Below are positions 9,640 to 17,391 of a DNA stretch of 64,000 nt, in pieces. Position 1 is the stretch's first letter. Each line of letters starts with the position of its first letter. The translations under genes were made by a program, and so were the position numbers. This DNA comes from a virus, in IMG/VR virus record IMGVR_UViG_3300028299_000003, positions 1 to 64,000 of that record; one strand, given 5' to 3'. The notes beneath the pieces were generated by a model, which saw only the letters and a list, made by a program, of their open reading frames with translations, was not told where the DNA came from and made no database searches.

Positions 9640-9987
9640 ATGAAAATAAAAAGATTTGAAAATATTGATTTTGATGAAAATAATTGGGATTATGAAGAAG
9701 AAGATGATTCATCAAAAAAAGTAAAATTGGATAAAGATAAGATGGTTGATGATATAATGAATATGATATATAATGACCCATCTGGATACGAGGACTTTGT
9801 GTATGGTATAGTTGAGAATACTTTGAGAGATTATGATACAGAAGATTTGAAAGATATATTACAATATGAGGATGATGAAATATGTGATGAATGTGATGGA
9901 GAAGGTTATATAGATGGTAAAAAATGTGAAATATGTAATGGAACTGGAAATGTTGATATATATGAATACAAATATGGAAAAAAATAA
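9640..9987 (+). CDS. Acidic protein with DnaJ-type CxxCxGxG zinc-finger repeats
   Basis: CDECDGEG and CEICNGTG. Confidence 0.6.
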   Translation: MKIKRFENIDFDENNWDYEEEDDSSKKVKLDKDKMVDDIMNMIYNDPSGYEDFVYGIVENTLRDYDTEDLKDILQYEDDEICDECDGEGYIDGKKCEICNGTGNVDIYEYKYGKK

Positions 9988-9997
9988 TTAAATAAAA

Positions 9998-10666
9998 ATG
10001 CCAACACCAAAAAAGGGTGAAAGAAAAAAACACTTCATTAAAAGATGTATTCCTTATCTTCTTGATGAAGAACCAAGTACCCTAACATCAAAAAAGAAAA
10101 AAGGAAAACAATCGTACGCGATTTGTAATTCAATATACGATAGAAGAAATAAAAAGAATGAGAATATTGATATTTATACTGATGATGTTTTAACAGATGT
10201 GATGGGATTTTTAAATCTTATGGAACCACCAGAGTTTTATGACGCGGTATCGTTGTTGAATAAACATATAAACAATAACCCAGATGATGAACACGCGAAA
10301 GATTTGTTTAAAGAATTAAAAGGATTAGAAACATATTATCAACCAGATTTGGATACTCAAGAAATATCTAGTTTTAGTGATTATTTAACAGAGGATAATT
10401 TTTTAGATGATGAGTTTGAGTGGGAAGATGAAAGAGATACATATGAACAATTTTCAACTTGGTTATATAAACACGATTTTGAATTTTATGAAGGTGAGGA
10501 AGACTTTAAGGAATATTTTTATAAAATATTAAGTGATGATTCCTTAGACTCAAAAGAAAAGTCATTAAAAATTGTAAATTATTTAGAAGAAAAATGGGGG
10601 CTTTATGATGGATGGGAGGAGACTTTTCAAAAATTATTTTCTATAATAGAAAAAAAAATAATCTAA
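9998..10666 (+). CDS. Hypothetical protein
   Basis: Basic N-terminal PKKGE...FIKRC...AIC domain followed by an acidic region. Confidence 0.6.
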   Translation: MPTPKKGERKKHFIKRCIPYLLDEEPSTLTSKKKKGKQSYAICNSIYDRRNKKNENIDIYTDDVLTDVMGFLNLMEPPEFYDAVSLLNKHINNNPDDEHAKDLFKELKGLETYYQPDLDTQEISSFSDYLTEDNFLDDEFEWEDERDTYEQFSTWLYKHDFEFYEGEEDFKEYFYKILSDDSLDSKEKSLKIVNYLEEKWGLYDGWEETFQKLFSIIEKKII

Positions 10667-10721
10667 TGATTCAGAAGAATCTAAAGAATTTTTAATATAT
10701 AAATTAAAATTAAGTTAATAG

Positions 10722-11882
10722 ATGGGTGGTCATGCTTTAGATAAATTAGGTATAAAAACAGAACGAAAATCAACAAAAGAACTTTATATAATATTTGATA
10801 AATTAAATAGATATTTTAGTAAATTTGACACTACTATACCAAGATTTTATAGAAATAAGAAAACACATGGTGATTTAGATATTTTGATTAAAGTTTCTAG
10901 TAATGAAATAATATATAATATTGTTAAAGATAGAATAAATCCCGATGGATTAATAGTTAATGATAATATTATAACATTTGATTATGATAATTGTCAAGTA
11001 GATTTAATTTGTATAAAAGAAGATATCTGGGAATCAGCGAAAATCTATTATTTATATGATCCTTTACCAAATCTTTTTGGCAAGACAGCTCATGGATTTG
11101 GTTTAAGATTTGGAATGGATGGATTATTTTATAAATTTATAGGAAAAGGTGGAACGAATACTCATGTGATTAAATTAACAACAAATCCTAGAAAAATATT
11201 TGAGTTTCTAGGTTTTGATTATGATAGATTTGAAGAAGGGTTTGATAATGTTACTGATATTTATGAATTCATAGTAAATGGAAAATTTTATGATAAAGAA
11301 ATGTTTAAACCAGAGAATTTAATCGCGGTTGATAGAAAAAGAAGTATGAATAGACCATCATATCGTGCTTTTTTAGAATATTCAAAATCAACAACGTCAA
11401 ATTTCACATTTGATAAAAATAAAAATGTTTATATAGATTATATTGATGAAAATTTTCCAGGGTTTAAAGAAAAATTAAATGTTTATATAGAACGGGATAA
11501 TATGATAGATCCTAGAAAAAAATTCAGGGAAGCGATATCAAATCACAAACCAGGAAAATTACTTGGAACAATTATCGGATATTATACAAAATCTAAAGAT
11601 GATTTTAATAAATTTATTATAGAAAGTGATATTGAGGCAATAAAAAAAGATTTTGATAACTTCTATATAGGATTCAATAAAAATGAAAATCTTTTTCTAA
11701 AGAAAATAACTGATTATGAAACATTTAAAATGACAGTTAAAAATTATGATATAACAAATCATAATTCCATATCTAATTATGACAGCAGGCAATCTAAAGA
11801 AATTCCATGGGAAGATGTATTTATTAAACCAAAAAATAGTGATAGATATATAAAACCATATGAGAAAGGAAAATTATTTTAA
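10722..11882 (+). CDS. Pol-beta/PolX-fold nucleotidyltransferase-like protein
   Basis: HGDLDIL (DxD), QVDLI third Asp, GLRFGMDGL and IFEFLG motifs. Confidence 0.65.
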   Translation: MGGHALDKLGIKTERKSTKELYIIFDKLNRYFSKFDTTIPRFYRNKKTHGDLDILIKVSSNEIIYNIVKDRINPDGLIVNDNIITFDYDNCQVDLICIKEDIWESAKIYYLYDPLPNLFGKTAHGFGLRFGMDGLFYKFIGKGGTNTHVIKLTTNPRKIFEFLGFDYDRFEEGFDNVTDIYEFIVNGKFYDKEMFKPENLIAVDRKRSMNRPSYRAFLEYSKSTTSNFTFDKNKNVYIDYIDENFPGFKEKLNVYIERDNMIDPRKKFREAISNHKPGKLLGTIIGYYTKSKDDFNKFIIESDIEAIKKDFDNFYIGFNKNENLFLKKITDYETFKMTVKNYDITNHNSISNYDSRQSKEIPWEDVFIKPKNSDRYIKPYEKGKLF

Positions 11883-12358
11883 ACTTTCATTATCTAATTA
11901 TTATATAATTAACATAAAAAATTTTAGAATATGAAAAACACTATGAAAATATATTATGATGACGATCCATATTCAATTATTAGTAAAGTAAACGATTTAA
12001 TAAGTTCTTGTGGGATAGAGATTATTGAAGGTGATAGTGATGATGGTTGGGTAGAGTATGAAGTCATAATACATGACCAAAAAGGTGAAGAGATTTGTGA
12101 ATGAAAAATTGTATTTTAATACCTACATTTTGAAACTGGGATTGATTATTCAATTCTTTTTATATTTACCATAGTTGTAATATCATACATTTGTTCACCA
12201 ATTTTCAATTTTTTCACCATGGAATTAAATGTACTAGAAAATTTTGGCAATCCTTCTTTTTCAACTGTTTCTTTTTCACCTTTTTTATTAGTTATTTCGT
12301 ATTTCATAAGATATTTTTATTTTATATATAATATCAAATCGGGTCAATTTTAAAATAA

Positions 12359-12402
12359 GAAAAGGAATGGATTTAATGGTCTAACCAAATCCATTCCTTT
12401 TC
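12359..12402. terminator. Intrinsic terminator closing the tRNA-Glu-like array
   Basis: gaaaaggaatggattt...aaatccattccttttc long inverted repeat just 3' of the last tRNA-like gene. Confidence 0.7.
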
Positions 12403-12406
12403 AATG

Positions 12407-12475
12407 TAGCCCTTGTGTGAATCGAACACCACTTATCGGGAACCCCCGAAGTCCTATCCAATAGACGAAAGGGCC
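12407..12475 (-). ncRNA. tRNA-Glu-derived RNA with 4-nt anticodon loop and bulged T-stem
   Basis: GGCCCTT TC GTCT..GGAC T TCGGG-GGTT-CCCGA TAA GT(G)GTG-TTCGATT-CACAC AAGGGCT A. Confidence 0.75.
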
Positions 12476-12493
12476 ATAATTCTGAGAATTGAT

Positions 12494-12592
12494 TCGTCAT
12501 TATGGGATTTAAACCCATATTCCCTTTCGGGAATCCCTCTAAAGAGGGATTACTCTGCTTCGCAGGAGTCCTGTCTTTTGGACGAAATGACA
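12494..12592 (-). ncRNA. tRNA-Glu-derived RNA with tiny anticodon hairpin and two extra arms
   Basis: TGTCATT/AATGACG acceptor; GTCC/GGAC D-stem; CTGC-GAA-GCAG; ATCCCTC-TTTA-GAGGGAT; TCCC-GAAA-GGGA; ATGGG-TTTAAAT-CCCAT T-arm. Confidence 0.65.
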
Positions 12593-12637
12593 GAACCTTT
12601 TCTCATTTTTTAAAATCTTAATAAAAGATAAAAATAG

Positions 12638-12726
12638 TAGTCCTAGAGGGATTCGAACCCCCGTTACCAAGAAAACCTTGGCGTCCTTATCCACTTTAAA
12701 GTGGAGTTCCGTTAGACGATAGGACC
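12638..12726 (-). ncRNA. tRNA-Glu-derived RNA with 5-nt anticodon loop and a hairpin in the D-loop
   Basis: GGTCCTA/TAGGACT acceptor; D-loop insert TCCAC-TTTAAA-GTGGA; CCAAG-GTTTT-CTTGG; normal TTCGAAT T-loop. Confidence 0.78.
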
Positions 12727-12732
12727 GTTTTG

Positions 12733-12819
12733 TAGCCCCTGTGGGACTCGAACCTCACATTCCTAGGACAATACCTAGGGTCCTGCACATCGGACGATGA
12801 TCCGTTAGACGAAAGGGCC
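12733..12819 (-). ncRNA. tRNA-Glu-derived RNA with 6-nt anticodon loop, D-loop hairpin and bulged T-stem
   Basis: GGCCCTT/AGGGGCT acceptor; D-loop insert CATCG-TC-CGATG; CTAGG-TATTGT-CCTAG; GTG(A)GG-TTCGAGT-CCCAC. Confidence 0.75.
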
Positions 12820-12864
12820 ATTTTATTTTCGACTTATTTTTTTCAGTATCTCAAAGAACAAAAA

Positions 12865-12895
12865 CAAAGGTACATTGTTTTTTTGACAAAACAAA
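12865..12895 (-). promoter_or_regulatory. Bacteroidota sigmaA-type promoter followed by a boxA-like site
   Basis: TTTG-N19-TACCTTTG; GTTCTTTGA at 12851-12859. Confidence 0.65.
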
Positions 12896-12919
12896 ATTTT
12901 TCTTTGTTTTTTTTTTATG

Positions 12920-12994
12920 TCACCCGTAGGGGATTCGAACCCCTGATTTCAAGGATGAAAACCTTGCGTCCTAGACCGACTAGACGAACGGGCG
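12920..12994 (-). tRNA. tRNA-Glu(UUC)
   Basis: Canonical cloverleaf, CAAGG-TT TTC AT-CCTTG. Confidence 0.95.
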
Positions 12995-13001
12995 TATTTT
13001 G

Positions 13002-13156
13002 TAGTCCTAGGGGGATTCGAGCCCCCATGACCAAGAAAACCTTGGCGTCCTTATCACACAATCTGGATTTGAACCATAATTCCTCTATTCTATTATATAA
13101 GAGGGTGTTTCCTTTTGTTACACTATTTGTGTGAGTTCCGTTTAGACGATAGGACC
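13002..13156 (-). ncRNA. tRNA-Glu-derived RNA with a second cloverleaf (13054-13134) nested in its D-loop
   Basis: Outer part nearly identical to 12638-12726; inner part TCACACAA/TTGTGTGA, GTGT/ACAC, CCTCT/AGAGG, TGG-TTCAAAT-CCA. Confidence 0.75.
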
Positions 13157-13222
13157 TGAAATCATATATAAGATGATTTCGTATTTTTAATATTTTCAAA
13201 TTTTCAATGAACGATTACAATA

Positions 13223-13254
13223 CAAAGATAAGAATTATTCTGATACTATACAAA
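13223..13254 (-). promoter_or_regulatory. Bacteroidota sigmaA-type promoter for the tRNA-Glu-like array
   Basis: TTTG-N20-TATCTTTG, followed by boxA variant GTTCATTGAAAA. Confidence 0.7.
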
Positions 13255-13279
13255 TTTTTCTTGGATAAAATAAAAAAAA

Positions 13280-14185
13280 TGGAATGAGACTACTTCCACT
13301 TCTGACTGATACCTTCATTGTATTATCCCTTTGACTCCCATCAGAGGGTTCTCAATTTGTCCACATCCACCAGGGATGTCTATCAGCGACGCTGCCGTTT
13401 TATAGTTGGTGACTCAACTTTTACCATCAATCATATTCAACTTTCCGAATACCCTCTGCTTTCGGGGCAGTTCGTGGCCGCTAGACCACTAGGTGCATCT
13501 TTCAATCAAATTCATCCGTCTTGGGAACTTCAGAACTCTCGGTTCACCCGTAGGTGCTAAGAATTAAGCGACTTTCAGATTGATGTTGAGTGGGCCTTTC
13601 CATTTGATAACAAAATGCAGGAATTGAACCTACGTTTTTTATTTAAGCGATAAATGCCTTACCACTAGGCAAATTTTGTTAGTCCACCAAGAAGTGCCCA
13701 CTCAGCTGTTCTATATCCTTTTGAGATATAAAATTCAACACTTCTCATGCGTTTCGGGCTACCGACCCTACTGTGCGGTTCTTCAAGAATCCTGACCCCT
13801 CGTTCTACCAAGGAATCATTCACCTCTGGAACTATTAGATAGCCATCACGTTGGTCTGCTTTGACAGTCTAATCACTCCTTATCCAATCAGATGTATCAA
13901 TCGGCTGACGAATGGCGTTGGGTGTCACCCCATATTAGAGAAGCTCCTTACCCATTGCCGTGACAATGGGGGCTTACCTCTCGTATTCTTCCCACAGAAC
14001 CATAACCGATTTTCCACCTTAGTTCCACCGAAGTGAAACCCGCCACTGGGATGCGTTAGGATGAAGTTTGCTTGGATGAACTACCCGAAAGTAGCAGGAG
14101 ATTGTGAACATTTACTCCTCTTTTACACCTTACGATGTATTATCCTTTATCCCCCGAAGGGGAAAACTTCCCAAACAAAGTTAAT
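13280..14185 (-). ncRNA. Large structured ncRNA, probably GOLLD-like (ends approximate)
   Basis: ~900 nt, markedly GC-richer than the flanks, no credible ORF; several UUCG/GNRA-capped hairpins on the - strand; own promoter; lies between tRNA genes; 3' end GTGGAT..ATAATAC..AAGG..GTAGTCTCA recalls GOLLD (from memory, not searched). Confidence 0.65.
13609..13680 (-). other. tRNA-like domain (CUU loop, G at position 33) embedded in the large ncRNA
   Basis: ACAAAAT TT GCCT-AGTGGTA-AGGC A TTTAT-CGCTTAA-ATAAA AAAC GTAGG-TTCAATT-CCTGC ATTTTGT; enclosed by the TGAGTGGGC/GCCCACTCA helix. Confidence 0.7.
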
Positions 14186-14233
14186 TTTTTTACAATAAAT
14201 ATAAGAACATTTTTTAATTTCAAATTCGTTTTA

Positions 14234-14264
14234 CAAAGATACGAAGATTTTTTATATCGGCAAA
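14234..14264 (-). promoter_or_regulatory. Bacteroidota sigmaA-type promoter for the large ncRNA
   Basis: TTTG-N19-TATCTTTG. Confidence 0.72.
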
Positions 14265-14567
14265 ATTTATTTTTGTTTATTTTTCCCCTAGATCAATTTT
14301 ATAGTTATTATCAGGTGGTCCCGTTACAATAGTAACCTTGAACATTCTACCATCAACATTTCTTTTAATCATAAGATAAACCTTTTCTATATCAATATCA
14401 TTTTTTCTACCACCAAAGAAAAACAACTACATCTTTAGTGTAGTTTGATGAATTTAATATGATTTAATAAATCTAATCCGTTCATTTTTTCAAAATTTTA
14501 GAATTTAATTTCTAACTGATCATTTTCCTCATCTTCATTTATCTCCGAATTATCAAAATCAATTTTG

Positions 14568-14655
14568 TGCTCCAGATAGGATTCGAACCTATAAGCCTCA
14601 TTATGGCGGTGATTCCTGAGACCACTGTGTTTACCTTGGTTTTCACCACTGGAGC
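14568..14655 (-). tRNA. tRNA-Leu(CAG)
   Basis: GTGGT-CT CAG GA-ATCAC, long variable arm, A73. Confidence 0.9.
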
Positions 14656-14662
14656 TAATTTT

Positions 14663-14875
14663 TTATTTCTTTCTTTCCCTTCTTTCTTTCTTTTCAATTT
14701 TTTCAACTTTCTCAACCTTCTCCTTATTTGATTCGGATTGTTTTCTCCATTCCTTCCAATCTTTTTTATTTGAGTAAATCCAATCAAAACCCAAAAGTCT
14801 TTTGATTTCTTTATAATCATCAATAGATTTATCACTTACTCTTTTAAATTCATCGTTTCTTTTTAGTGTTTTCAT
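14663..14875 (-). CDS. Small charged hypothetical protein
   Basis: ORF between the CHAD gene and tRNA-Leu. Confidence 0.5.
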   Translation of the reverse strand: MKTLKRNDEFKRVSDKSIDDYKEIKRLLGFDWIYSNKKDWKEWRKQSESNKEKVEKVEKIEKKERRERKK

Positions 14876-14881
14876 ATTTTT

Positions 14882-15307
14882 TTAATGTTTAATTATTTTT
14901 GAAAAATTATAATATATATTATCCTCTAGAAATTTTTTTAATTTCTTATCAATATCTTTTTCTAGTTTATTTCTTTTCTTATCTAGTTTTTTAGATTCAG
15001 ACTTGTTCATAGTCTTTTTTATAATATCCATATCTCTAATTTCACCCGTTTCATCTTGTATTTCTTTTAATTTATTATAAAATTCATAGTATTTATTCTT
15101 TTGAAAAAATACAAAAAATACTTCCATTGAGTATCTTAATCTTCTTACCGATATTCGAATTTCATGTAGTGTATCTTCATTAGGATTTTTTAAATAATCT
15201 TCTATATTATTTTTTATAGTCTTTAATCTAAATTTTAAAGATTTTTTAGAAAATTCATTAGAGTTTTTTTCATTGTCAATTATCCATTTTTTTAATTTAT
15301 TCATCAA
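14882..15307 (-). CDS. CHAD-domain (polyphosphate-binding) protein
   Basis: LHEIRISVRRLRYSME and LKEIQDETGEIRD motifs. Confidence 0.8.
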   Translation of the reverse strand: MMNKLKKWIIDNEKNSNEFSKKSLKFRLKTIKNNIEDYLKNPNEDTLHEIRISVRRLRYSMEVFFVFFQKNKYYEFYNKLKEIQDETGEIRDMDIIKKTMNKSESKKLDKKRNKLEKDIDKKLKKFLEDNIYYNFSKIIKH

Positions 15308-15442
15308 TCCATTAGTTTAATTATATCGTTACTTTTCTTAAAAATCATATGTATCCCAAATATTCTTATTACAAATCCCTTCATATGTTTGAATTTTCTA
15401 AAATAGAAAAACCAAAATCTACTTTTGTAAAATTTTATGTAT

Positions 15443-15751
15443 TTAGTGTGTACTATCATATTTTTCTAAACATTCCATTTTGAACCAAGGCCATTTACCC
15501 CTTAACATTACCATATACCCATCATATAGAATTTTTGTTTTGCGGTGACCATCCATTGTTATTTTATAGGAATGTTCTATTTTTTCAATTTTTCCTGGAT
15601 TATTATTTGTAGCTGTATATTTTGACCATTTTCCACAAGAACTATCCCACCAAGAATATTCTTCATTTATCACAACTCTATCACCAATATCAAAAGGAAG
15701 TTCATCATATTCCTCCCATTCAAAATCATCAAAATTAATATTTTCAATCAT
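15443..15751 (-). CDS. Hypothetical protein (SH3-like)
   Basis: FDDFEWEE motif followed by FDIGDRVVI. Confidence 0.6.
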   Translation of the reverse strand: MIENINFDDFEWEEYDELPFDIGDRVVINEEYSWWDSSCGKWSKYTATNNNPGKIEKIEHSYKITMDGHRKTKILYDGYMVMLRGKWPWFKMECLEKYDSTH

Positions 15752-15791
15752 TTTTAAATATAATTGATAATTTAATAAATAAGAAATTTTA

Positions 15792-16007
15792 TTACCACCT
15801 TACTACTTTATAATTGTGACCCTTACTATTAACCATCTTACCTTCTGATTCTAGAATTTTAGTTATACTTTTTATAATAGAATTACTTAGTTCAGCGGTT
15901 TCCCAGTAATAATGAAATTCACCTTTTTTCGCGGATTTCAAAATTTCTCTTTTTAATACTTTCAGTATCTCAGCTTCCTGTCTTACTCTTTCTTCTACTA
16001 CAGTCAT
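15792..16007 (-). CDS. Hypothetical protein
   Basis: ORF in the minus-strand run. Confidence 0.55.
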   Translation of the reverse strand: MTVVEERVRQEAEILKVLKREILKSAKKGEFHYYWETAELSNSIIKSITKILESEGKMVNSKGHNYKVVRW

Positions 16008-16084
16008 GGCTTTTTAATTTTTTATAAATTAATATAATTGGTTCAAAATACAATTTAATAGATTTAACTATTTCCTTTTTCATT

Positions 16085-16393
16085 CTAATTTTCATTTTCT
16101 TTTTTTCCTTTCTTACATATAGGACATACTACAACTTGTTGTAAGGTTATGGAATCTATATCTACAATAATATAACCTTTATTATTACAATTTGCACATC
16201 TAAATTTGTTATATTTACACATAACAATATTCATTTCTTCTTTATAACTAGGAATGTGTCTATTATCACATGCTCTGTCACCAATCATACCAAATCCAAA
16301 ACATTTTTTAACATCATTTTTAGATAGAGTACACACTCTACAAATTCCATTAATTCGTTCTTCTTGGGTATGAGGTTTCATTTCATTCATCAA
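16085..16393 (-). CDS. Cys-rich hypothetical protein
   Basis: CANCNNKG...CPIC. Confidence 0.55.
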   Translation of the reverse strand: MMNEMKPHTQEERINGICRVCTLSKNDVKKCFGFGMIGDRACDNRHIPSYKEEMNIVMCKYNKFRCANCNNKGYIIVDIDSITLQQVVVCPICKKGKKENEN

Positions 16394-17156
16394 TATATTT
16401 TTTTAACTTTTCAAATTCATTTTCAACAAATTCATTATTCTCTCTACCCATATCCTTTATTACATATGGAATATATCCACAGTTTTTAATTTCTTTTATT
16501 TTAATTCTATCTCTATTTTTCACTTGTTTAATTGAATGTTTTTCTTTTATTTTTTCATAATGCCATTTTCCATTCCACAATATCGCTATTTTATAATCTT
16601 CTATTATTATATCAGCGTCCCATCCATTAAAAATTGATTCATTAGTTTTAATATTATTAAAATATTCTTTACATAATTCAGAAAAATATATTTCATTTTT
16701 ACTTCTTCTATTCTGATTTAGAACTGAGGCTCTACCACCCTTTATTGCTTTATCTATATTATTTTTATTTGAATATGTTATAGAACACTTGTTAGAACAA
16801 AAAATTCTATTTTCAGTTATTCTATGCTCAAATATTTTATTACAATATTTACAAATTGTACTTATTCTTTTAATATGATTTCTACCAATCAATGACTCAC
16901 TTTTCTTTTTCTTATCATCATCATCCCAATCTCTACTATTGGCACAACTTCTAGAACAATAATATTTTTCTTTTTTAGGAAAAAGTTTTTCTCTTTCCTC
17001 TATTTCAAATTCCTTTTTACAATTATTACAAGTAACTATAAATTTTTTGAATTCACCATACTTTTTATTAACATATCCACCTTGGTGTATATTTTGACAA
17101 GAAGTATTACAATATTTATTTTTTACAGGTTTTCCACAATTTAAACATTTATTCAT
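16383..17156 (-). CDS. Putative homing endonuclease (Zn-ribbon repeats plus Vsr/PD-(D/E)xK-like domain)
   Basis: CxxC...YCSxxC repeats; SKNE, ADIII..KIAILWNGKWHY...RDRIK. Confidence 0.7.
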   Translation of the reverse strand: MNKCLNCGKPVKNKYCNTSCQNIHQGGYVNKKYGEFKKFIVTCNNCKKEFEIEEREKLFPKKEKYYCSRSCANSRDWDDDDKKKKSESLIGRNHIKRISTICKYCNKIFEHRITENRIFCSNKCSITYSNKNNIDKAIKGGRASVLNQNRRSKNEIYFSELCKEYFNNIKTNESIFNGWDADIIIEDYKIAILWNGKWHYEKIKEKHSIKQVKNRDRIKIKEIKNCGYIPYVIKDMGRENNEFVENEFEKLKKYIDE

Positions 17157-17226
17157 TTTATAATAGTTTTTATTTCTATATATAAAATTATAAAAACGGA
17201 AAGTTGTATTGAACCTTTTTATATTG

Positions 17227-17296
17227 TGCGGATGTCAGATTCGAACTGATTCTCAAGATTATGAGTCTCGTATGTTAACCATTACACCACACCGCG
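17227..17296 (-). tRNA. tRNA-Met(CAU) with imperfect acceptor/T stems
   Basis: CGAGA-CT CAT AA-TCTTG; TTCGAAT T-loop; Met versus Ile2 identity uncertain. Confidence 0.75.
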
Positions 17297-17391
17297 TGTT
17301 TTTTACATTAGAATTTTATTAATTTCTAATGGTATAAATTTAATTGAAAATTAATTAGTTTCCAAAATTTAATTGTTCTTTTTTACATGTG

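Noticed and set aside
13280-14185. tmRNA, RNase P RNA, rRNA or group II intron as the identity of the large RNA
   Set aside because: No tmRNA-type terminal acceptor/T-arm or tag ORF, no RNase P P4 signature, no recognisable rRNA or domain V sequence by eye; too long for tmRNA or RNase P.
12413-14332. Short ORFs listed at 12413, 12883, 12915, 13318, 13851 and 14135
   Set aside because: They overlap tRNA-like genes and the structured ncRNA, and their composition is unlike the real proteins here.
14539-14835. 98-aa minus-strand ORF running through tRNA-Leu(CAG)
   Set aside because: Alternative frame of 14663-14875 that reads across a canonical tRNA.
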